Part shown: positions 50,850 to 61,257 of the stretch, piece by piece
Layout: each line of letters starts with the position of its first letter
Position numbering within the stretch: the first letter of the stretch is position 1
Source: Takakia lepidozioides
Lineage: Eukaryota > Plantae > Bryophyta
Reading direction: 5' to 3'
Assembly: GCA_030704615.1 (NCBI GenBank)
Contig: CM060732.1
Location: forward strand, 39,618,001 to 39,682,000
DNA: 64,000 nt
Program-made: the position numbers and the translations under genes
Notes under the pieces: model-generated
Told to the model about the DNA's origin: nothing
What the model saw: only the letters and a program-made list of their open reading frames with translations
Database searches by the model: none

Positions 50850-53641
50850 GACATGTTGCCAAATCTAAGACAAACCTCTCTTGGTTGCTCTGAAGAAGAA
50901 ATGGACGACAGTAGGCCTAGATGTCAAAGGAGTCGGATGTACTCGGCCACATCAATAAGAATGGACCAATAAAATATTGACAACTTTGAATTATATTACT
51001 CTTATTGAGATATTTCTAAATGTCATCTCATGGATGTTATGTGGATGGTTGGACGGTCAGAAGTGAATACAAGTCCAGAGGGTGGAGTTGATAAGATGTG
51101 TGGACACATCACTTGTTCCACACATCTTATGAGTTCATGAGTCTGAACTTATGTGTTCTTATGAGTTCTCATTCACTTGACATTTAAAACATATAAGTCA
51201 TTACCGTGGGGGCCACCAAAAGCATGTGAGAATTCACCACCGACAACAAGTGATCGTTCATGATTGTAGCAAACATAAAAGATCCAGGTCTGAAAACCTT
51301 GGAGAATATAACCTCATTGCCCAACCTCAATCAGCCTCAGCGAACATGGACAACCACTTGAATTTTTTGAGCAACGTTTGTGGCTCTTGAAGCAATCTCT
51401 CAAACAATCTCTTGGCACCAAAACCAGGGGCTACTTGGACTGTGTTAATCTTCCCCCCACATCTATGCTCTTGTTGTGAACCAGTAATCCCATCGTCTTT
51501 CCTGAAGTTCTCATTTACTTGAGTCTTACGTGTGTGACTATGTAGCGAGACTCGGTGACATTGGATACCATTCTTCTCAAGTCCTCAGTCTGAAATTGTG
51601 AGAGTGGAATAAGGGATGGACGTCAGCTATTGACACATGAAACCCATCTTTCTACAACTTTCCGAAGCTCTGCTAAGTGTAGGTGTGCTTGTACAGAAAA
51701 CCAGTTGAGGTTGTCTATGCTAATTGCATAACCCATATTTTGAACTGAGAGTCTGGTATGATTAGTGATAAGTTTTGTTAATTTCCCACCAAAGTGCTGC
51801 ATTCTCCCTCCAAGCCTGTACGATCGTGACAGTTCCACTTTTGCAGCCATTACTATCTCCAGATAGCCTTTGCTCAGATGCAGTCTCCACAGGAAGCTTC
51901 ATCACCAACGGTATCCCCATCCCCATCGTCACCTGAAAAAAAAATCCCATCTATCTCTGACTTCATCATCGCCACTCTTACATCCACTTGGGGTTGGGTG
52001 GTAGTTAATGTCTCCCGCTAAAAATGCAGCTGCTTGTCAAGCACGCGAATAGACGGAAATGTGGAAGGACTGTGTACCTTACTGTAGTCAGGCTGCTAGT
52101 TTCGCATTTGCACGACAGAACTTAAGCGTCAGTTTTCTGACTTTTTTTGGCGCTTTTTGAGGTTGATTCTGTGGTTGAGTAGACGTTCTCACCCATCGGA
52201 GTGATTCCGTGTGGGAATTTTGGGAAGGCTGGGGTGGAACGAGAAGGAACCTGTGGACTAACCGGTCATGGTCTACAGCAACTTGAATTAGTACACATGG
52301 TCTCTGCCGCAACACCTGTTAGTCCGGTAACTGACATTCCATAGGGATCTAAGATGAGAATGCATCACCCTTCGTCCTTCCAATCATGTAACGTAATTCA
52401 GCTTTTTGGCGTGCGTCAAAACTTGTGGGCTTCTGTCGTCACAGGTAATTAGTTCAACTGTTGGTGGTATTTTTCAGACTGCAATTCGACCATACCTGTG
52501 ACTCAGTGATAAGCAATCAGTGGGGTTCGATGTAAGAGAATTTGGCAATATTAGGGGTTCAATTGAGGTTTTGCACATGAGTTACTTTTTTATTGGGAAG
52601 GCTTGTCCTGTATTTATCAATTGGATAGATACATGCCCGTAGATATCTGGTATAGTATATACATCTCTCATTCCGTTTAGTAGCCTTCATTGAGAGAGAA
52701 GGAATGAAGAGGGCAATGAAAATTTGCGATGCTTCTTCTCGGAACTGTTTCAGTTGGCTTCTTCTATTATTTCTCCGAGTGCGGCCATGGCGGCAAGGTT
52801 TATGAGGACCAGCCCCGCAACAGGTATTTTCTCTTGCGTCATGTTCACTTTCCTGTCACCGGACTTGTGTGCTATGTCCAATCTGGGTATGTCTGTCCAT
52901 TGGTCCATCTCATTCTGTCTCTGTATGAGCCTCAATTTCTGAGCCAAATTTGACTGAGCACTCTTGAATGTGAAGGTTGGGTTGCTGGTGGGAGATGCAA
53001 GGGGCAGGGCTCTTTATTACGGCAGCAAAGGGTTGATCCCGACATCTTTGCAGCATACATTGATTACAGGTGTGCCCATTTCCTCTGTTAAGTGGTGCTC
53101 CTTCTGTTTGAACTAAAAAGATTGGGGGTCGAAGAAACACAGAGATGTTAACTGTTCTCCATGAAGGTTGGCTATAACTTATCCTTGAGGGCATAATCCT
53201 CACCAGATACTGCCCTCATGGAGCCAATGTGGGATTTTTTAAAATAAACTGTATCGGGATTCAATTGGATGGCACGGCCAATTACAGGGAAGTGAGTAGA
53301 CGGTTATGGACATGTTGCCTACCAAACATAATATTGAGCCTGACAACACCATCCTATCCCCAATCCTCACAACACATAATTTTTCTCTGCTGGAATTGCA
53401 TGTTTGTAAGAAGGTTGATGGAGTGCATTCTTAATCTGGACTAAGCAACTACAGGAGACTATATTCTCCATAAAGTCTACAGGAGACTGTCCTTTAATTC
53501 ATTGAGAACTTGCTCTATAGCTGGATAGAGTACAGCTCCTTGTGCTGGATTTGTCAGCAAATGTATTAACACATCTCTGTGCTACCATGTCTGGATCCGC
53601 CATCTTAGCCACTTTCTCTTCACTCTCTCACAGGCACAGGG

Positions 53642-55630
53642 ATGGCAGCAGGCTCTGCCCCACTCCTGACCGTGCAAGGAGACGCCATACCCAAGGCCCT
53701 TTTTTCACTTACATCATGCAACAAATCAATAGATCAGGCTGTGGCCGGGAAATGCGTATCCACCTTGGCAAATTCTGGTGGACCTTTCCAAGTGATGATG
53801 TTGATGCCTCCTCACCCTGCAGAGAAAGGTAGATTTTATCATCTTTCTATATGAGGAGAGAGAATGTACTCATTAACACTGTTTGGCATAGCCTTATGGC
53901 CAGAGAACCCGTGCCCAGTGACTATTCTGGCTCAAAGGCTCTTAACTTCAGAGTTCTGACAGGTATGGTAGCCTTGGTATGACTGAGAGAGAAAGAGAAA
54001 GAGGCACTTAGCTGAACTGTTACCATAGACCTTGTGGGCTACCCTGATAGTCAGTTTCCTTGGTGGCCTGGTGCTATCCACCAGGATCTGGAAACTAAGC
54101 CATACAACATAGTCACAGGGAATTGTGCATTGCTGCAAGGGCGAGTGTAGACATCATGCTAGACACCACTGTGCTGCAATAGCCCCAATTCAACTCACAT
54201 GTGACACATGATTGTGATTCCGTTCCTCCGTCACAATGTACTTGTGAAAGGGGAGGGTCAAAGGTAGATACGGGTTGGGCAAACAGATAAATTTTTGTGC
54301 GTGAGAGAAGAACACTGTGTGTCCACATGAGGTCAGGTCATAGACATGATAAGTCTACAAGAGAAAGCCAAAAGAAGTGTCCAACCACCCAAACATTTCT
54401 CTGAGATGCAGTGATTTTTCATACAAGGTCCCAAGTCCTCATATCGAAATGTTGAGGAATGATATTCTGTGTGCACTTCCTGGGTGTTACATACTCAACA
54501 AATCCCAGTACTCTATATTGCATCATGCAACATGTGCCCTACTTAGCATCATGGACTTCGTAAGTTGGCTTGTTTACTGATCGCTCTGAGTCTTTTTACA
54601 TGTTACTCATGCTGGGGTTGCTGCAAATATCCCAAAAAATAACAATACAGATGTGGAGAAGCTTTGGAACGACGATTGTTCAGATCCCAGTCAATGGTGG
54701 GACAATCAAGGCAAAAAGGTGAATTGCAGACAACAAGATGCTTTGAAAACTCTCGCAAATTATGGATAGAGCCCGTATTCTCTCTCCCCCTGTCCCTTTC
54801 TATCTGTCTCCCTTTGCGAGACACATTCCCCTTCTCCTGAAAATGTCACCTGTTTAGCCTGCAGAGCTAGTTGAGCAGTGCTCGATTAAACTCATGATTT
54901 CTAGTATGAGGACAGTGCCAGCACAACACTGAATTCCCTGTAACCATATCGCAAGGGTCAATGACTCTGTTTTCCCTTTTGCACTGCAGTATGAAGTGAT
55001 ACTCCACCCACATGTAAGGCGGAGGGATTAAGTAGCAGTGCTGATGTCGGCATCGTGGTTTCCAGCATGATGTAAATGCAGCACTGTAAATCACCACTCT
55101 ATCCCCTCTAGGCAGATTTGTTTTGTGAACTTTGCTTGACCAGTATGGTAATTTTTGCCCCACTTTCCCCATTCCTGGTAGTTTGAAACCCCGGGACAGA
55201 CCCTTGGGGGTTTTAGCATCGAGTGCTAGAGTATGCCATAGCTGATGCTTGCAAGGACATCCTCTCTCTCCATCTCTCTTCTCACACTTTGTTTTCACCT
55301 TGCCACCGATTCAGCATAGAAACCACCGTCTGGTAGGTAGGGGTGGGCTGTAACCTCTTCTTACTAGGGATTGATTTTGTCAACTACTTGCGGCACCATA
55401 GACTGAACAGGCAGGGATGGATGGGGGTGCAGATCAATTCCAGCAGACCGGATTTCAAGCACAACAATACCAATGAGGCACTGTGGATTTGTGGCTACAA
55501 AACTCCTGTGTGGGTAGATGGTCAACTGCAAAAGCTGGAAGCAGCTAGACGAATGTCTGCGGCGAGCCCTGGTGGAGTGGAATCGATGATGCCCTTCCAG
55601 TATGACGGCCCCTCCACTTTACAGATGTAG
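53642..55630 (+). CDS. Gene or remnant with one OSB-type PDF motif (organellar ssDNA-binding motif); exon structure partly uncertain
   Basis: An exon ending at 54718 (KLWNDDCSDPSQWWDNQGKK|gt) splices in phase 0 to 55433 (INSSRPDFKHNNTNEALW...PVWV). Candidate upstream exon 53642-53828. Confidence 0.65.
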
Positions 55631-56102
55631 AACCTCATGGACTTCTGATCTTCTCTGTTACTTGCATTGGCTGTTCTGCAAAGTACTCCCTAAGCAAAAC
55701 AACCCATTGTATATGGCTGAGGAGGGAGCTGAGCTCTTAGATTCCTCAACAAAGGGATAGATACCTCACTCCTCTAAGGCAAAAATGGGACAACAGAGTT
55801 ATGTGTTTGTGGGGTGGACAGGATGTTGCACAGCAGGGAAGGTCTACACAGAATGTTTTACACTGTGAAATGTCATCAGTGCAGTGTAGATGCATGTGAG
55901 TGTTGGTTTTTTTGTATTTTATGGATAGGAGAATAATGGTAATGCAGCTTGTGTCAGAGTTGTATATTTGTTGCGAGAATGCACCTTCCATGGGGTGGGT
56001 AACAAAGCATGGCGAAGACATCTTTCTTTGAAATATGTCGGAACTTTGTGATATATTCTGTGAGTTCGAGCATCAGAAACTAAGAGTTTGAACTCATGCA
56101 GG

Positions 56103-58532
56103 ATGGCAGGGTTGAATAAAGAGAAGTTGTTTGAATCGACAATGACCAATTCTTTTGAAAGAGGACTCGGAGAGGGAAGCGACGCTAAGTCTTCTCGCAC
56201 TTGTGGGGATGTTAGGACACTATGTAAAGCAGGACAATTGAAAGAGGCGCTACACATTTTGAACGGAGGAGAAATTACGGCAGACTCCAATACGTATATT
56301 TGTCTCTTGCAGGAGTGCATCAAGATTAAAGGGCTAGCAGAGGGAAAGCAGGTGCACGGCCACATGCTCCGAAGTGGACGCAGACCAAGCATCTTTCTAC
56401 TCAACACCCTTGTCAATATGTACGTCAAGTGTGGAAGTGTGATGAATGCACGCAGATTATTTGACAAAATGCCTGAACGTGATTTACTTACGTGGAATAT
56501 AATGATGGCAGGATATGCCAGGCATGGTTGTGGTAGGGAGACCTTTGAGATCTATGATCAAATGATAAGTGAAGGGGTGACTCCAGACAGAGCCACATTT
56601 GTTTCCATTCTCAATGCATGTGCCAGGCTACAAGCCCTGGAAAAGGGCAAAGCAGTTCATGCTGACATCATCAAAGCTGGGATTGTACCAGATATCATTC
56701 TTCAGAATATCCTCATTGATATGTATGGCAAATGCGGGAGCATAAAGGGTGCACGTCATGTGTTTGACAGTATCTCTAATCGAGATGTGGTCTCTTGGAG
56801 TGGGATGATTGCAGGATATACACAGCATGGGTGTGGTATGCAGGCTTTGGAAACCTATGAACAAATGCTAGTGGAAGGGGTGACACCAGATAAGGTCACA
56901 TTCACTAGTGTTCTCAAGGCATGTGCCAGCTTGGCAGCTTTCAAGAAGGGCAAAGAGGTCCACGCCGACATCATCAAAGCTGGGATTGTGTGGGATGTCA
57001 TTCTGGAGACTGCACTTATTGACATGTATGCCAAATGTGGGCACATGAAATGTGCCTGTCAAGTGTTTGACAACATGACTCAGCGAAATGTAGTCTCATG
57101 GAGTGCGATGATTGCAGGATATGCTCAGCATGGGTGTGGTATGGAGGCTTTCAAGAGATATAAGCAAATGCTACAGGCAGGGGTGATGCCCAACAATGTG
57201 ACATTCAGTTGCGTTCTCAATGCGTGTGCAAGCCTGGCAGCCATTGAAATGGGGAGAGAGGTCCATGCTGACATCATCAATGGTGGTATCGCACCAAATA
57301 TCATTCTGGAGAATGCTCTTGTTGACATGTATGCCAAATGTGGGAGCATAAAGTATGCACGCCAAGTGTTTGACAAAATGGCTCAACGAAATGTGGTCTC
57401 ATGGAGTGCAATGATCACAGGGTATGCTCAACATGGGAATGGTATGGGAGCTTTGGAGCTGTATGAGCAAATGTTACACGAAGGGATGACCCCCGACAAG
57501 GTCACGTTCAGTTGCATTCTCAATGCTTGTGCCAGCCTGACTGCCCTGGAAAAGGGCAAAGCTGTACATGCTGACATCATCAAAGCTGGAATTGTTGCAG
57601 ATCTCACTCTGGAGACAGCCCTTGTTAATATGTATGCCAAATGTGGTAGTATGAAGGATGCAAGTCAAGTGTTCGACAATATGGCTGAACGAGATTTGTT
57701 CTCATGGACTGCGATAATTGCAGGATATTCTCAGAATGAGTGTGGAAGGGAGGCTTTCAGGACCTATGAAGAAATGATACGTGAAGGAGTGATGCCTGAT
57801 GAGGTCACATTCATTTGCCTTATCAGTGGCTGTGCCAGCCTGGCAGCTCTGGAAAAGGGTAAAGACATTCATGCTGACATCATCAATGCGGGATTTGCAT
57901 CTTACGTAAATTTGGAGAATGCCCTTATCAACATGTATGCCAAATGTGGGAGCATGAAGGATGCGCGGGAAGTGTTTGACAATATGGTTGAACGAAATGT
58001 GGTTTCATGGAGTGCAACAATCGCAGGATATGGTCAACATGGGTGTGGCATTGAAGCCCTCCAACTATTTGAGCAAATGCAAGAGGAAGGCGTGAAGCCG
58101 GATGGTATCACCTTTATATCTCTTCTCACTGCATGTAGTCATGTGGGCCTCATGACCGAAGGCCATCACTACTTTGATTCTATGAATCGAGATCATGGTC
58201 TCACTCCTACTGTGGAGCATTTCTGCTGCATGGTGGACCTTCTTGGCCGTGCAGGCCACTTGGATGAAGCAGAGGACTTCATTTGCAGAATGCCAATTGC
58301 AGCAGATACTTCAGTGTGGCGGGCCTTGCTTGGTGCCTGCAGCATTCATGACAATTTGGAAGTAGCAGAACGTGCAGCAAAATGCATCCTCAAGTTGGAT
58401 CCACAGGACGCCCCAACTTATGTGCTGCTATCCAACATCTATGCTGCGGCAGGCAGGTGGGATGATACAGCAAAAGTGAGCCAAATGATGCAGGACAGGT
58501 GTCAGAGAGGAGCTGGGGTGCAGCTGCATTGA
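56103..58532 (+). CDS. PLS-class pentatricopeptide repeat protein with E domain (organellar RNA-editing factor type); E+ region out of frame
   Basis: Tandem about 101-aa P-L-S triplets (VVSWSAMIAGY, VTFxxxLxAC, ALIDMYAKCG), then P2-L2-S2 (CMVDLLGRAG) and E (WRALLGAC, YVLLSNIYA). No DYW motifs seen. Confidence 0.93.
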   Translation: MAGLNKEKLFESTMTNSFERGLGEGSDAKSSRTCGDVRTLCKAGQLKEALHILNGGEITADSNTYICLLQECIKIKGLAEGKQVHGHMLRSGRRPSIFLLNTLVNMYVKCGSVMNARRLFDKMPERDLLTWNIMMAGYARHGCGRETFEIYDQMISEGVTPDRATFVSILNACARLQALEKGKAVHADIIKAGIVPDIILQNILIDMYGKCGSIKGARHVFDSISNRDVVSWSGMIAGYTQHGCGMQALETYEQMLVEGVTPDKVTFTSVLKACASLAAFKKGKEVHADIIKAGIVWDVILETALIDMYAKCGHMKCACQVFDNMTQRNVVSWSAMIAGYAQHGCGMEAFKRYKQMLQAGVMPNNVTFSCVLNACASLAAIEMGREVHADIINGGIAPNIILENALVDMYAKCGSIKYARQVFDKMAQRNVVSWSAMITGYAQHGNGMGALELYEQMLHEGMTPDKVTFSCILNACASLTALEKGKAVHADIIKAGIVADLTLETALVNMYAKCGSMKDASQVFDNMAERDLFSWTAIIAGYSQNECGREAFRTYEEMIREGVMPDEVTFICLISGCASLAALEKGKDIHADIINAGFASYVNLENALINMYAKCGSMKDAREVFDNMVERNVVSWSATIAGYGQHGCGIEALQLFEQMQEEGVKPDGITFISLLTACSHVGLMTEGHHYFDSMNRDHGLTPTVEHFCCMVDLLGRAGHLDEAEDFICRMPIAADTSVWRALLGACSIHDNLEVAERAAKCILKLDPQDAPTYVLLSNIYAAAGRWDDTAKVSQMMQDRCQRGAGVQLH

Positions 58533-60146
58533 GGTTGACAACCATGTGCATACATTTGTTGTCAGAGACAAGTTGCATCCACAAATTGACCTAATCCATG
58601 TCGAGCTCAAGAAATTGTGTGAGCAGACGAAGGTGCGACACGGCCACCAAGTTCATCTCACAGATTGTAGGGTGAGCAATTGTTGTTGGGGATGCAAATC
58701 GCTCTCATCATTTCCTCAATGGGGTTTGCTCTTGTGGGGATTATTGGTGAAGCGATCTACAGGCATGAAAGAAATCGTCCCTTCAAACGCAAGGATGGAA
58801 ACGGTCATATTGTCCATTTTTAAGCTAAGAGAAAAACAATCTGTCCTAATGCAACAGCCTCCATGAGCTGCCATGAAGACAGTTCAAGTAAAGATTTGAA
58901 CAGTGACAAACAACAGTGATGAACCAGTGAATCTCAGACACGCACTGGCGCTGGAGTATCCAAAGCTCAAAACACGTGCCCCGAGTCGAATGCACTCGCA
59001 CCTCCACAAAGAGTGTTCACTTCTGAGAATTACTGCGCACTCATCTAGTCACTGGTTTGTGGAGATGAAGTTGTAGTAGATGGACTTGCGAGCCAACCTT
59101 GGTGAGCATCACACCGCACCACCACCTAGAGCCTGCTACATCATTGCACACTTCAATAGTACATTTGCAAATACAGTCTATGCTTCCTTCCAAACAAGTG
59201 GAGAGTTGGAGTGATAAACTTACTACCTTCATCTGGGTAGTACATTTCTCTATAGATTTTGAAGGCTTTTCTGCCAGAAATACCTTCATGAGGGAAATCC
59301 GGAGATTGAGTTGGAGTGCCATATGTGCTGCCTAAATTACCTCCACGAGTATAATTGAGAAGCAAGATCAGCTCTCAACTTTTGGGGCGGGACCCGCATC
59401 CCCACCAGCACGACGTGGCCTCCTGCGGGCCATACACTATCCAACAGTGTATGGCTGAAAGAGATTGTGCCATACGTTTAGAGGCATATGCGTATGCTGC
59501 AGGGGCTGGAGCGTTAGGGTGGATTTCATACACATTCTTCATTGTGTCCTCTTGCTGCAAGGCTTTGGATTGAGCTTCAGGTATGATTCCTCCTCTTCTT
59601 CTTTGTTAATAGAGCTGGTTTCTTACGTGTTTAGGTTGTATCTCAGTATCATTTCTAGTTGATGAGTGCTTGTTGTTTCATTTGTGAGTAGATTGATTGG
59701 AGATTGTCACGAGGGCATCCACTTGTTTTGAAGTTGTGTAATACGATTTAGGAGATGTAATTAATCATTTGAGTTTCACTATTGTAGTAATCTGTCAAGC
59801 ACTCTTCTACTATGAGTGGATTGAATTTGTGTTGATGTTGAGTTTAGGGTTTTTATGTTATTTCTAACATTGGTTGAATGAAAAGTGCATACTTTATTCC
59901 CTTTCTTGTTGTATTTCTATATAGCTTCAGCTCTCTTTGATTTACAAGTGAGTTGAAGTGTGATGAGGTTGAATTAGGGTTTTTATGAAGAGGATTTGTA
60001 TGAGGTTTTCATTAGGTATAAATGTCTACTTTCACCCTAAGTTTCTAGGTGTTTAGGTTGTTTTCCTACTTTGTTCTGGAATTTTTCTACATGAGGTTTA
60101 TGCTTAAACTGTTATTTACTTCCATTGGTGTTTGTTGTTAAGGTCC

Positions 60147-61077
60147 ATGGCTCCGAGTGTAACGACAAGTGCAAAGAAGAAATGGACTAGAAATGAAAGC
60201 AGTAAGGCTATAAGAAGAATGAACAGGGTTGAGGAGAATGAGGCAAATGCAAGGCGAAACGCTTTGAAACGCATTGAGATGAAACTCGAGGTGAAGTTTG
60301 AGCATGAGAGAAAGACTGTTGAGAAGCCGGGTGACATAAGGACGGATGTGGACAAATGTGGATTGGTGCGGGCTATGCTTGCGGGTTTTCTTGATTGTTT
60401 GAAGGGAGTGCGCACTAAACATCACCACGCCTTGGTGCCTCCTCTCACCATCTACGAGCATTGGTTCACCAAGCTCATCCGTACAGGTTTAGAGGAGTAC
60501 CAACGGTCTCTTCTAAACTTGGAGGAACAAAAAACTATGGAATCCATCATCGACATCTTCAGTGGTAAGTAGGATTTGAATTGATGTTGAAGGTTTTAGT
60601 TGTTCATTCATGTTTATGATTTGATGCATTGTGCATTGTGTATTGCAAGTGTGTTGATCCTTCTACATTGCATGTGTAGAGAACAATTGGAAGGACAAGT
60701 TGGATGATCGTGCCAAGACTCTTGGACTTGTTCTCGAAGCCAATGATTTCCTTTATGCAAAACTTTTATGGGAGGATGAAGAAGAGTGGAAGAAGGAGAT
60801 GAAAGCTAGGAAGGTCGGGAAGTGGGAATTGATGCATCCCCGCAAAGTCCGTGAGGCAAAAGAGCGGGCTAAAAAAAGAGCGGAGGAAAAAAATGTGGGA
60901 GAGGCAATAGAAGACGAATCGGTTAAACAACTCATGGTTGCCCCCGTGCATAGTGTTGACATTGGAATTTCTAGTCACACACCACCAAGACTGGGGCTGA
61001 AAAAGATACCAAATTTAATCTTAAGAGGCAGTGGAGGGGGAGAGAAGATAGGAAGAAGACAAATGAGAGAACGATAG
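60147..61077 (+). CDS. Two-exon ORF of unknown function (60147-60564, 60680-61077), charged/coiled-coil, probably transposon-borne
   Basis: G|gtaagt donor and tgtag| acceptor join ORFs 60132-60572 and 60700-61077 in frame. Confidence 0.5.
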
Positions 61078-61235
61078 AGGAACTATGAGCTCAATGGTAC
61101 AATTTTCTTACTTGTATAAAGTGAATGTTGCAGTTAAGCAATTGCTAGTGTTATATGTGTTACATGGGGAGTGTCACATTATACAAGTGAATGGTGCAAT
61201 CCCTAACAAATTGTACGAAGCCGGAATGTATGGCG

Positions 61236-61257
61236 CCCTAAACCCTAAACCCTAAAC
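61236..61257 (+). repeat. Three interstitial plant telomere-type repeats (CCCTAAA)3
   Basis: ccctaaaccctaaaccctaaac. Confidence 0.85.
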
